32,000 bases of DNA from Cupriavidus necator (GTDB lineage: Bacteria; Pseudomonadota; Gammaproteobacteria; Burkholderiales; Burkholderiaceae): NCBI RefSeq assembly GCF_016127575.1, contig NZ_CP066018.1, positions 1,410,001-1,442,000 on the forward strand, given 5' to 3'. A model generated the notes under the pieces. The model saw only the letters and a program-made list of their open reading frames with translations, had not been told where the DNA came from and did no database searches. Positions 1 to 8,575 of the stretch are shown piece after piece. A program made the translations under genes and the position numbers. The stretch's first letter is position 1; each line of letters opens with the position of its first letter.

Positions 1-201
1 GCCCAGGTTCTCGATCACCACGCTCTGGCCCAGGCGCTTGCCCAGCTCCGGGGCAATGGTCCGGGCCACCAGGTCGACGCTGCCGCCGGCGGTGTAGCCC
101 ACCACCAGCGTGATCGGCTTGGCGGGCCAGGCGGAGGCAACGGCGCCGGCGGAAGCGGCAAGGCAGAGTGCGGCAGCGGCCGCGCGCAGGATGGTCTTCA
201 T
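1..201 (-). CDS. Bug/TctC-family (tripartite tricarboxylate transporter) periplasmic substrate-binding protein, N-terminal part; the gene runs off the left edge
   Basis: Reverse-strand ATG at 201..199. My translation is MKTILRAAAAALCLAASAGAVASAWPAKPITLVVGYTAGGSVDLVARTIAPELGKRLGQSVVIENLG: a signal peptide followed by the family-typical PIxLVVxYxxGG ... VVIEN pattern. It is paralogous to the complete gene at 10214..11197. It is absent from the ORF track because it is truncated. Confidence 0.8.
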   Translation of the reverse strand, partial: MKTILRAAAAALCLAASAGAVASAWPAKPITLVVGYTAGGSVDLVARTIAPELGKRLGQSVVIENLG

Positions 202-291
202 GGTCTTGGCTCTGGGGGTCCCGGAATGGTTGTTGTGGAGCGATGGTAGTGAGCGCGGAACCGGCCCGGCGTGCAGCTTTGGCAAGGGCGG

Positions 292-306
292 TTGCCGATT
301 CGGCAA
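292..306. repeat. Perfect 15-nt palindrome TTGCCGATTCGGCAA, lying between the LysR-family gene stop and the downstream Bug gene start
   Basis: Read directly: TTGCCGA-T-TCGGCAA. It contains a T-N11-A dyad (TGCCGATTCGGCA) of the kind bound by LysR-type regulators. It could equally be a short terminator hairpin. Confidence 0.4.
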
Positions 307-323
307 TGGTGGCCGAAGGCGCA

Positions 324-1268
324 TCAGCGCGGTGCCTGCACCGCCGCCTGCCAGAAAGCCTCGGCCAGCGGGCGCATCGGCGCGCGCGGGCGGTACAGGC
401 GGATATCGAGCGCCAGGTCGCCGCCATCATCGCTGCGCGCGCCGCTGATGGCACGCACCAGGCGCCCGGCGTGCAGGTCGTCGGCAATCAGGCGTGCCGG
501 CAGCCAGGCCAGGCCCATGCGCTGGCGCACCATCTCGTGCACCGACTCGGCAAAGTCGCTGACCGCGATCACGTCCAGCCGCGGCGCCAGCTTGCGGCGC
601 GCGATCTCCTGGTTGACCATGCGGCCGAGTGTCAGGGTCTCGGCGTAGGCGATCATGGGCACCGGCTTCGCCGCAGCCTTGCCGGTCGCAAGCCGGTGCA
701 GCGGCGCGCCGCGCGCATCGGCGGCGCTGACGCAAACCAGCCGCTCCACGCCGGCCAGGTGGAACTGGTAGCGCGCGTCATCCAGCATCACCGGCAGGTC
801 CGGCGGGCTGTAGCAGAGCAGGAAATCGGCATCGCCCTCGGCAAACATGGCTAGCGCGTCATGCATCGGGAAGGTCGACAGCTGCGTGCGGAAACCGGCC
901 GCCGCGGGGTCGTGCCGCAGCGCCTCGCGCAGGCCCGCCAGCCACGCCGGCACCATCGAGCGCGCCAGGGTCTTGCCGGTGGCGATGGTGACCGTGCTGG
1001 CGTCGGCGCGGTGCGCGGCGCGCAGCGCCACGCGGGTCTCGTCCAGCGTGCGCAAGGCGCTCTGCGCGGCTTCCAGGAACTGGCGCCCTTCGGCGGTCAG
1101 CCGCACCGGGAACGCGCTGCGGTCGATCAGCGGGGCGCCGGCCCAGACCTCAAGCGCCTGCATGCGCCGGCCAAACGCGGGCGGGGTCACGTTGCGCAGC
1201 TCGGCGGCGCGCGCCAGGCTGCCGGCCTGGGCCAGGCAGACGAAGTCTTCAAGCCAGCGGATATGCAT
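324..1268 (-). CDS. LysR-family transcriptional regulator
   Basis: 314-aa ORF. The N-terminal HTH is MHIRWLEDFVCLAQAGSLARAAELRNVTPPAFGRRMQALEVWAGAPLIDR, followed by a substrate-binding-domain-length C-terminus. It is divergent from the MerR-family gene. Confidence 0.9.
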   Translation of the reverse strand: MHIRWLEDFVCLAQAGSLARAAELRNVTPPAFGRRMQALEVWAGAPLIDRSAFPVRLTAEGRQFLEAAQSALRTLDETRVALRAAHRADASTVTIATGKTLARSMVPAWLAGLREALRHDPAAAGFRTQLSTFPMHDALAMFAEGDADFLLCYSPPDLPVMLDDARYQFHLAGVERLVCVSAADARGAPLHRLATGKAAAKPVPMIAYAETLTLGRMVNQEIARRKLAPRLDVIAVSDFAESVHEMVRQRMGLAWLPARLIADDLHAGRLVRAISGARSDDGGDLALDIRLYRPRAPMRPLAEAFWQAAVQAPR

Positions 1269-1366
1269 GGAAGGCGGACCGTTGAAGGTGGGGCGGCAAT
1301 GCCCTCATTATCGGCAATACCGGCCGCCACCTTTGCCTGCCGCATTCCTCGGTTAGAATTTTTCGC

Positions 1367-2197
1367 ATGACACTGATCCGGCGCCGCCACCCCTCGTCCC
1401 CGACCAGCCAGGCGTCCGACACCACGCCGCCCGCCCCGGAATACACCATCGACGAGCTGGCGCGCGTGGCCGGCACCACGGTGCGCAACGTGCGCTCCTA
1501 CCAGGACCGCGGCTTGATCGATCCGCCGCAGCGGCGCGGGCGCGTCGGCATCTACACGCAGGCGCACCTGGGACGGCTCAAGCTGATCCACCACCTGCTG
1601 GCGCGCGGCTATACGCTGGCCAATATCACCGAGCTGCTCAAGGCCATCGTCGAGGGGCACGACCTGCGCTCGATCCTTGGGTTGGAGACTGCCATCAGCA
1701 GCCCGTGGACCAACGAGACGCCGCGGCACTACTCCTACCTGGCGCTGGCGCGGCTGTTCGGCCGCGCGATCTCGCGCCCGGCCCTGGCCAAGGCGATCTC
1801 GCTGGGGCTGCTGGAACCGGACGGCCTGGGCTATCTCGCGCGCAGCCCGCGCGCGCTGGCCGCGGGCGCGGAGATCGCCCAGGCGGGCTTTGCGCTGGAA
1901 GACGTGCTGGAGATCATCGCGCAGTCGCGCGGGCATTTCCAGGCGGTATCTGACCATATCGTCGCTACCGTGGTGCGCGAGCTGGACCGCTTTGGCATTG
2001 GCAAGCTGCCGCCACCGCAGGACGTGCCGCGGCTGGTGGAGATCCTGTGGCGCATCCGCCCGCTGGCACTGGTGATGGCGGAGACGGAGATGATGCGGGC
2101 GCTGGAGATCTCGGCCAACAAATACCTGGGGGACCGGGTGGCGGCGATCATCGAGCATCTGCATGACGAGGAAGATGGCAGCGGCGGGAAGCCATGA
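1367..2197 (+). CDS. MerR-family transcriptional regulator with a long C-terminal domain
   Basis: 276-aa ORF. The MerR-type HTH is YTIDELARVAGTTVRNVRSYQDRGLIDPPQRRGRVGIYTQAHLGRLKLI. Third-position GC is high in this frame. Confidence 0.85.
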   Translation: MTLIRRRHPSSPTSQASDTTPPAPEYTIDELARVAGTTVRNVRSYQDRGLIDPPQRRGRVGIYTQAHLGRLKLIHHLLARGYTLANITELLKAIVEGHDLRSILGLETAISSPWTNETPRHYSYLALARLFGRAISRPALAKAISLGLLEPDGLGYLARSPRALAAGAEIAQAGFALEDVLEIIAQSRGHFQAVSDHIVATVVRELDRFGIGKLPPPQDVPRLVEILWRIRPLALVMAETEMMRALEISANKYLGDRVAAIIEHLHDEEDGSGGKP

Positions 2198-2301
2198 TTC
2201 CGCTCCGGTCCGGTCCCCTCCCCCGCTGTACAGAGCGGGCACACAGGTGACAGGTGTGCGAGGACATGATTGACGCTTCCCGGCACACGCATCCCACCGC
2301 G

Positions 2302-3006
2302 CTACCTCGCCGCCCTTCCCCGCACCGACTCCTCCAGCAACGACCGCAACTTCGCCAGCGCGCCCGGATCCCCGTGCGCGGCTGAGCGCGCATACCAGAT
2401 CTTGGCCTGCTCGAGATCCCGGTCGACCACGCCGGGCTCGCCGTGTTCGTAGAAGCTGCCGACGATGTATTGCGCGCCGCCGTCGCCGGCACTGGCCGCG
2501 CGGCTGTACCACATGAACGCCTGTCCGTAGTCGCGCGGCACGCCCCGGCCAGTGAAGTAATTCGTCGCCAGCGCCATCTGCGCCTGCACATGCCCGCCCT
2601 GTGCCGCCAGTGCATACCAGCGGTTGGCTTCCTCCAGTGACTTCGGCACCAGTTCGCCGCGCTCGTAAAGGTCGCCCCAGGTGTACTGGGCATGCGTCAT
2701 CTGGTTGTCGGCCGCTTTTTTCAGCCAGACCAGCGCCTCCTGCGGGCGGGCGGCGGTGCCCTCGCCGCGCAGCAGCATCATTGCGTAGTTGAACTGGGCC
2801 AGACGGTTGCCCAGCCGGGCCGCATCGGCAAAGCCGCGCAGGGCCTGGTCGAAGTTGCCCGCTTCATACGCGGTGACCGCGTCGCGGGTCTGGACCTGCG
2901 CGGGGGCAGGCGGCTGCGGTGCGGAGGCTGCCGCCTGCATGCACAACAGCCATGCGGCGGTGGCGCCGGCGAGCAAGGCGGCAATCGGGGGGCGGGCAAT
3001 CGACAT
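2302..3006 (-). CDS. Secreted Sel1-like (TPR-related) repeat protein
   Basis: 234-aa ORF with the signal peptide MSIARPPIAALLAGATAAWLLCMQAAASA. Several about 36-aa repeats follow the pattern A(x)nG..A...LG..Y..G.GV..D...A..WY..AA..G (for example AQMALATNYFTGRGVPRDYGQAFMWYSRAASAG). Confidence 0.85.
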   Translation of the reverse strand: MSIARPPIAALLAGATAAWLLCMQAAASAPQPPAPAQVQTRDAVTAYEAGNFDQALRGFADAARLGNRLAQFNYAMMLLRGEGTAARPQEALVWLKKAADNQMTHAQYTWGDLYERGELVPKSLEEANRWYALAAQGGHVQAQMALATNYFTGRGVPRDYGQAFMWYSRAASAGDGGAQYIVGSFYEHGEPGVVDRDLEQAKIWYARSAAHGDPGALAKLRSLLEESVRGRAAR

Positions 3007-3160
3007 GGCGGACTCCGGGCACAGCGCCTTCCTGAATCCAGTGTAGAAGTCAGGACACGGCGCCGGTAGGCAGGCGCGAACTCGCCGGAATATCCATGCG
3101 AATAATTAATCGGCCACAATATCTGCCACGATCATTCCTCGCACAGATAAAACCAGGTCT

Positions 3161-4132
3161 TCAGATCCACCCGGCCCGATGCAGCCGCCGCCACAGTCCC
3201 CCGCAGGCGACCGCGGTCACGCCGATCACTGCCGGGTAGGCGAAGTGGAATTTCAGTTCAGGCATGAAATCGAAGTTCATGCCATACAGGCTGAAGATCA
3301 CGGTCGGGATCGCCAGGATCGCGCCCCAGCCGGCCAGCCGCTTGACCACCTCGTTCTGGCCCACGGTGACCAGCGCCAGGTTGACCTGCACGGCCGTGGT
3401 CAGCATTTCGCGCACCACGTCGAGCGTGCGCACCAGCCGGCTGGCGTGGTCCTCGATGTCGCGGAAATAGGCGCGCAGCTCCTTCGGCACCAGGTCTTCG
3501 TGCAGCCGGATCAGCTGGCCGCACATGTCCTCCACCGGGCTGACCGCATTGCGCAGACGCAGCACCTGGCGCTTGATCCGGTACAGGCGCTCGATCGCCG
3601 CACGGTCGAACTCGTCGCGGAAGATGCCCTGCTCCAGCGCCTCGAAGGTGTCTTCCAGGCGCGTGACGATGGGCAGGTAGTGGTCGACGACAAAGTCCAT
3701 CAGCGCGTACAGCACATAGCCCGGGCCATTGGCCAGGCCGTGCGGGTCCTGCTCGCAGCGCTCGCGCACGGGCGCGTAGGTGCTGCTGACACCGTGGCGC
3801 ACCGAAACCACATAGTTGGGGCCGACAAAGAGATGGGTCTCGCCGACCACCACTTCATCTTCCACCAGTTGCGCCGTGTTGAGCACCACGAAGACCGAAT
3901 CGCCGTAGGCCTCGAGCTTGGGGCGCTGGTGCGCATCGAGCGCATCTTCCACCGCCAGGTCGTGCAGGCCGAACGCCTGCTGGGCCTGGCGCAGCAGCGC
4001 GAGGTCAGGCTCATGCAGGCCCAGCCAGACAAAGGTGCCGGGCACCCCCAGCACGGTGCGGATCTCATCCATGCCCACTGTGCCGAGCCGCTTGCCCTGC
4101 CGGTAGGCCACGCAATTGACGATGGCGCCCAT
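3161..4132 (-). CDS. corA: CorA-family magnesium/cobalt transporter
   Basis: YGMNF (GMN) signature followed by two C-terminal TM segments: IFSLYGMNFDFMPELKFHFAYPAVIGVTAVACGGLW. I moved the start from the ORF-track 4219 to the ATG at 4132 (MGAIVNCVAYRQGK...), which has a GGAG 7 to 10 nt upstream. Confidence 0.9.
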   Translation of the reverse strand: MGAIVNCVAYRQGKRLGTVGMDEIRTVLGVPGTFVWLGLHEPDLALLRQAQQAFGLHDLAVEDALDAHQRPKLEAYGDSVFVVLNTAQLVEDEVVVGETHLFVGPNYVVSVRHGVSSTYAPVRERCEQDPHGLANGPGYVLYALMDFVVDHYLPIVTRLEDTFEALEQGIFRDEFDRAAIERLYRIKRQVLRLRNAVSPVEDMCGQLIRLHEDLVPKELRAYFRDIEDHASRLVRTLDVVREMLTTAVQVNLALVTVGQNEVVKRLAGWGAILAIPTVIFSLYGMNFDFMPELKFHFAYPAVIGVTAVACGGLWRRLHRAGWI

Positions 4133-4331
4133 GAAAACTCCGCTGATCAGATGGCGCAATCGTAACAAGCCTTTACGCTGTGCCGGACTCGATGCGCGTT
4201 GCCCCGCGCGGCATACCACGCTGGCCGCACTTGTCCGGCGCTACGGTGTGCCGTGCACGCGCATATGGAACCCACGCGCCACCTGCTGTACATATCGATC
4301 CAATTGTTACAGTTCGCGACAGATACGACGT

Positions 4332-4337
4332 TAGAAT
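4332..4337 (+). promoter_or_regulatory. Possible -10 box (TAGAAT) for minCDE
   Basis: TAGAAT lies 26 nt upstream of the minC ATG. There is only a weak -35 candidate (TTACAG, 19-nt spacer). Confidence 0.3.
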
Positions 4338-4362
4338 GTGGCATTTCCACGGTCACCCGGCT

Positions 4363-5175
4363 ATGTCCCAGAAGAAATCGCCACGCTTCGAGCTGCGCAG
4401 TGGCAACGTAGACGCCCTCCTTCTCGCCCTCCAGACCGCCGACATGGCTGCGCTGCGGGATGACCTCCTCGCCCGCTTTGAAGCCACCCCCGACTTCTTT
4501 TCCAATGACGTGATTGCGCTGGACCTGCGCGCGCTGGAAGATGACAGCGAAGTCGCGCTTGGCACCGTGATCGAGACGCTGGCCACGCTCAGGGCCCGCG
4601 CCATCGGCGTGGTGGCCCGCCCCGGCCAGCGCGAGTGGGCCGAGCGCTTCGGCCTGCCGCTGCTGGACAGCCAGGCCCGCCGCGGCAGTGGCGCCGATCG
4701 CGCCACCGACCGTGCCGCCGAGGCCAGGGCCGCAGCCGCGGCGGAACAGGCCGCAGCCGACCAGGCCGCGCGCGAGGAATCCATCCGCGCCGCCGCGCAG
4801 GCCACCACCGACGCCGCCGTGGCCGCTGCCATCCGCCAGACCCAGACCATGCTGATCGACAAGCCGCTTCGCTCGGGCCAGCAGGTCTACGCGCAGGGCG
4901 ACGTGGTCATCCTGGACGTGGTCAGCTACGGCGCCGAGGTGATCGCCGAAGGCAACATCCATATCTATGCCCCGCTGCGCGGCCGTGCGCTGGCGGGCGT
5001 CAAGGGCAACACCGGCGCGCGCATTTTCAGCACGTGCATGGAGCCTGAACTGATTTCCATCGCCGGCATCTACCGGACCGCGGAGCAGACGCTTCCGGCC
5101 GACGTGCTCGGCAAGACCGCCCAGGTGCGCCTGGCCGATGAAAAACTGATCCTGGAAGCGCTGCGGCTCAAGTAA
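4363..5175 (+). CDS. minC: Septum site-determining protein MinC
   Basis: [39 protein letters not shown]..., then an Ala-rich linker and the conserved C-terminal beta-helix region [41 protein letters not shown]. It sits directly upstream of minD and minE. The start was moved in from 4180. Confidence 0.9.
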   Translation: MSQKKSPRFELRSGNVDALLLALQTADMAALRDDLLARFEATPDFFSNDVIALDLRALEDDSEVALGTVIETLATLRARAIGVVARPGQREWAERFGLPLLDSQARRGSGADRATDRAAEARAAAAAEQAAADQAAREESIRAAAQATTDAAVAAAIRQTQTMLIDKPLRSGQQVYAQGDVVILDVVSYGAEVIAEGNIHIYAPLRGRALAGVKGNTGARIFSTCMEPELISIAGIYRTAEQTLPADVLGKTAQVRLADEKLILEALRLK

Positions 5176-5242
5176 CCGCGGCAGCCCCCGGGACCGAATT
5201 GCAGAGAGCGCAAGCTTCAACTTATTACTGGACCAAAGAGCC

Positions 5243-6058
5243 ATGGCAAAAATCATCGTTGTGACCTCCGGCAAGGGAGGCGTCGGCAAGACCACCACCA
5301 GCGCCAGCTTTGCCGCCGGCCTGGCCCTGCGCGGCCACAAGACTGCCGTGATCGACTTCGACGTCGGCCTGCGCAACCTTGACCTGATCATGGGTTGCGA
5401 GCGCCGCGTGGTGTACGACCTGATCAACGTGGTGCAGGGCGAAGCCAACCTGCGCCAGGCGCTGATCAAGGACAAGAAGTGCGAGAACCTGTTCATCCTG
5501 CCGGCCTCGCAGACGCGCGACAAGGACGCGCTCACGCGCGAAGGCGTCGAGAAGGTCATCAACGGCCTGATCGAGATGGATTTCGAATTCATCATCTGCG
5601 ACTCGCCGGCCGGCATCGAGTCGGGCGCGCTGATGGCGATGTACTTCGCCGACGAGGCGCTGATCGTGACCAACCCGGAAGTGTCGTCGGTGCGCGATTC
5701 GGACCGCATCCTGGGCATCCTGGCCTCCAAGACCAAGCGCGCCAGCGAAGGCGGCGACCCGATCAAGGAACACCTGCTGATCACCCGCTACAACCCCAAG
5801 CGTGTGCATGGCGGCGAAATGCTGTCGCTGACCGACATCCAGGAAATCCTGCGCATCAAGCTGATCGGCGTGGTGCCGGAGTCTGAAGCCGTGCTGCACG
5901 CCTCGAACCAGGGCACGCCCGCCATCCACCTGGAAGGCAGCGACGTGGCCGACGCCTATGGCGACGTGGTGGACCGCTTCCTCGGCAAGGACAAGCCGAT
6001 GCGTTTCACCGACTACCAGAAGCCGGGTCTGCTCTCCCGCATCTTCGGCAACAAGTAA
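5243..6058 (+). CDS. minD: Septum site-determining ATPase MinD
   Basis: Deviant Walker A motif in MAKIIVVTSGKGGVGKTTTSA. Length is 271 aa, with a C-terminal amphipathic tail LLSRIFGNK. Confidence 0.97.
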   Translation: MAKIIVVTSGKGGVGKTTTSASFAAGLALRGHKTAVIDFDVGLRNLDLIMGCERRVVYDLINVVQGEANLRQALIKDKKCENLFILPASQTRDKDALTREGVEKVINGLIEMDFEFIICDSPAGIESGALMAMYFADEALIVTNPEVSSVRDSDRILGILASKTKRASEGGDPIKEHLLITRYNPKRVHGGEMLSLTDIQEILRIKLIGVVPESEAVLHASNQGTPAIHLEGSDVADAYGDVVDRFLGKDKPMRFTDYQKPGLLSRIFGNK

Positions 6059-6079
6059 CGGTCAAGGAGGGCTCACCCC

Positions 6080-6334
6080 ATGTCGATCCTTTCCTTCCTG
6101 CTGGGAGAGAAGAAGAAGTCCGCGTCGGTCGCCAAGGAGCGGCTGCAGATCATCCTGGCGCACGAGCGCACCGGCCATTCCGCGCCCGCCGACTACCTGC
6201 CCGCGCTGCAGCGCGAGCTGGTGGCGGTGATTTCCAAGTACGTCAAGATCGGCGACCAGGACCTGCGCGTCAGCCTGGAGCGCCAGGACAACCTCGAGGT
6301 GCTCGAGGTCAAGATCGAGATCCCGCAGAACTGA
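6080..6334 (+). CDS. minE: Cell division topological specificity factor MinE
   Basis: 84 aa, beginning [30 protein letters not shown]. There is a GGAGG RBS upstream, and the gene is immediately downstream of minD. Confidence 0.95.
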   Translation: MSILSFLLGEKKKSASVAKERLQIILAHERTGHSAPADYLPALQRELVAVISKYVKIGDQDLRVSLERQDNLEVLEVKIEIPQN

Positions 6335-6700
6335 GGACGGATCCCGGCGCTGCCGGATTCGTTCCTCCTCCTTCGGTTTTCCCGCACTTCCCGTCTTTCC
6401 GCCGACCGCGGCGCCGCTTGCGCGCCGGGGTCGGCCGGCCCCCGTCCTCCCCGCCGCGATTCCCCACCAGCCCAGTGTGCAGGCCAGCTGCCAGCGCTGC
6501 CAGAACGCCCCAATTCGGAATTCTGTAGCGGCGAGACAACGGATTTGCACCAAAATCCTGCTTGAAAGGGCAGCTTGGCGGAGTTTTGTGTCCTTGTAGC
6601 TTACGTTTTGTTAAATTTTCGCGGCGTCTACAACGAAACGTAGACATCGTCCCCGCCGTGATCCGGCGGAGAGAACAGTACAAGACAGAAAAGGAGCACC

Positions 6701-7798
6701 ATGAAGAAATCGGCCATCGTCCTCGCAGCCGGCAGCCTGTTGGCAGGTTCGGCGTTCGCACAATCGTCCGTTACCCTGTACGGTATCGTTGACCAGAGCA
6801 TCCGCTTCCAGACGAACTCCAACGCCAACAACGACAACCTGTGGGAACTGACCAACGGCGCCGTCACCAACAGCCGCTGGGGCCTGAAGGGCAGCGAAGC
6901 CCTCGGCAATAACCTGAAGGCAATCTTCCAGCTGGAAGGCGGCTTCGATCCGGACACCGGCCGTTCCAACCAGGCCAGCGCCACCAACCCGAACGGCCGC
7001 CTGTTCGGTCGTCAGGCTTACGTTGGCCTGTCGGGCGACTTCGGCACGATCAAGCTGGGCCGCCAGTACACCGAAGGCTTTAACTTCTTCGGCGACTACG
7101 ATCCGCTGACCATCGGCAACTACACCAACAACGCCTGGCCGTTCTTCCTGACCCAGTTCCGCAGCGACAACGTGGTCAGCTACGGCGGCAAGTTCGGCGG
7201 CCTGGACGTGGGCGCCAGCTACGGCTTCGGCGAGCAGCCGGGCAGCATGACCAAGAACCAGTACTGGGGCACCCGTGCCGCTTACTCGTTCGGTCCGTTC
7301 GGCATCGGCGGCGTGTACCAGGAAATCCGCGACATCAACGGCAACAAGCAGCAAATGTGGGGCGCTGCCGGTAAGTACGCCTTTGGTCCGGCCAAGCTGT
7401 TCGTGGGCTACGTCGGCGGCAAGGACCGCACCGGCGTGATCGACAACGGCTTCCTGAACAACTCGGCTGCCGCGCCTGCTCCGGCCGTGGTCACCGCCGG
7501 CGCTGCCAGCAACCCGCGCAAGGACACCCTCGGCTACATCGGCCTGACCTACCAGGCCACCCCGGCCCTGGCGCTGACCGGCGTGTTCTACGGCGACTAC
7601 GTCGAGAACAAGAACGGCGTGAACGACAACAACGGCCGCCGCTACACCGGCGTGCTGCTGGCCGAGTACTCGCTGTCCAAGCGCACCCAGGTCTACGGCA
7701 CGGTTGACTTCAACAAGGTTTCGGGCGGCACCACCACCGAAATGCCGGGCCGCAACAACCAGACTGGCGCTGCACTGGGTATCCGCCACATCTTCTGA
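6701..7798 (+). CDS. Outer-membrane general porin (Gram-negative porin, Burkholderiales OmpC-like)
   Basis: The signal peptide is MKKSAIVLAAGSLLAGSAFA, followed by QSSVTLYGIVDQSIRF. The sequence shows an alternating beta-strand pattern rich in G/Y/N/F and ends in a C-terminal aromatic (...LGIRHIF). An AAGGAG RBS is present and a strong terminator follows. Confidence 0.93.
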   Translation: MKKSAIVLAAGSLLAGSAFAQSSVTLYGIVDQSIRFQTNSNANNDNLWELTNGAVTNSRWGLKGSEALGNNLKAIFQLEGGFDPDTGRSNQASATNPNGRLFGRQAYVGLSGDFGTIKLGRQYTEGFNFFGDYDPLTIGNYTNNAWPFFLTQFRSDNVVSYGGKFGGLDVGASYGFGEQPGSMTKNQYWGTRAAYSFGPFGIGGVYQEIRDINGNKQQMWGAAGKYAFGPAKLFVGYVGGKDRTGVIDNGFLNNSAAAPAPAVVTAGAASNPRKDTLGYIGLTYQATPALALTGVFYGDYVENKNGVNDNNGRRYTGVLLAEYSLSKRTQVYGTVDFNKVSGGTTTEMPGRNNQTGAALGIRHIF

Positions 7799-7824
7799 TC
7801 GACACCCGATCAGCAGTTCCTGGC

Positions 7825-7850
7825 AAAAGGCACCTTCGGGTGCCTTTTTT
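7825..7850. terminator. Bidirectional rho-independent terminator shared by the porin gene and the convergent kinase-like gene
   Basis: AAAAGGCACC-TTCG-GGTGCCTTTTTT: a perfect GC-rich stem, a tetraloop, and A/T runs on both sides. The stop codon of the minus-strand gene (7850..7852) overlaps the T-run. Confidence 0.85.
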
Positions 7851-8575
7851 CATGGGCGCGGCCGGCGCCGCAGCCACAGGTACCAGCCGGCCTGCGAGGT
7901 GGCTTCGCCCATCGGCTGCAGCGGCACCAGCACGCCGCCATGCCGCGCCACCACGCGCTGTGCGCACAGCAGCGCCGGCCCGGGCTGCGCCAGCCGCGCG
8001 GCGCTTTCGTCGTCGGCGGAATCGAACGCCAGCCACAGCGCCAGGCCGCCGGCATGGCCACGGCACGTGATCCGCAGCGCAGTCTCCCGCGCCGCGGCAT
8101 CAATGGCGCTGGTCAGCAGCCATTCCAGCGTTTGCGCCAGCATGGCCTGGTCCCCGCCAAGGCGCGGCAGGCGGCCGGCCGGCCGTTCAAGCCGTACGCC
8201 GGCCTCGCTGGCCAGGGTCCAGACGCGGTCCAGCGCTTCATCCAGCAGCGATTCCATGGCGATACGGCGCATGCGATAGGCGTGGCGCGTTTCGCGCAGC
8301 AGCCGGTTCAGGTCGTCGATCTGGCGCAGCGAACGGCGCGCATGGCTGCCGACCTGCGCCAGCAGCGCGGCGTCGGCCTGGGCCCGCGTGCGGCGCAGTT
8401 CCAGCCAGGCCAGCAGCGAGGCATTGGGTGCGCGCAGGTCGTGGCCAAGCACGTGCAGCAGCATGTCGTGCACGGCGGCGGGGTTGCGCACATCAGCGCG
8501 CCGCTGCGCGACCGGCCGGCCGCCGAACCACGGTGCCACGGCCAGCCCCGCCTGGTGCAGCCGGGACGCTCTCAT
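7850..8575 (-). CDS. Cytoplasmic histidine-kinase-like protein (DHp/H-box intact, catalytic ATP-binding boxes apparently degenerate, no sensor or TM domain)
   Basis: 241 aa. The H-box is HDMLLHVLGHDLRAPNASLLAWLEL. The region that should carry the N, G1 and G2 boxes reads LEWLLTSAIDAA, LWLAFDSADDES and QPGPALLCAQRVVARHGG. The start ATG overlaps the upstream regulator's stop (ATGA at 8572..8575). Confidence 0.7.
   Translation of the reverse strand: MRASRLHQAGLAVAPWFGGRPVAQRRADVRNPAAVHDMLLHVLGHDLRAPNASLLAWLELRRTRAQADAALLAQVGSHARRSLRQIDDLNRLLRETRHAYRMRRIAMESLLDEALDRVWTLASEAGVRLERPAGRLPRLGGDQAMLAQTLEWLLTSAIDAAARETALRITCRGHAGGLALWLAFDSADDESAARLAQPGPALLCAQRVVARHGGVLVPLQPMGEATSQAGWYLWLRRRPRP

Noticed and set aside
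4147-5784. Long antisense ORFs across the window. Examples: 4147..5784 (-, 545 aa), 12950..14599 (-, 549 aa), 21870..23270 (-, 466 aa), 1187..2512 (-, 441 aa), 6611..7789 (-, 392 aa), 24617..26005 (+, 462 aa), 30368..31486 (+, 372 aa), 15579..16676 (+, 365 aa) and 10145..11179 (+, 344 aa).
   Set aside because: Their translations are Arg/Ala/Gly/Pro/His-rich low-complexity strings with no recognisable motifs. Each lies opposite or out of frame to a gene with clear family signatures. Stop-codon-poor shadow frames are expected at this GC content.
6339-6360. A hairpin directly after minE (ATCCCGGC-GCT-GCCGGAT, with one bulged C), considered as the minCDE terminator.
   Set aside because: The stem is bulged, the loop is only 3 nt, and there is no contiguous U-run. 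It is too weak to call as a terminator from sequence alone, and it is mentioned only in the context of the non-coding gap.
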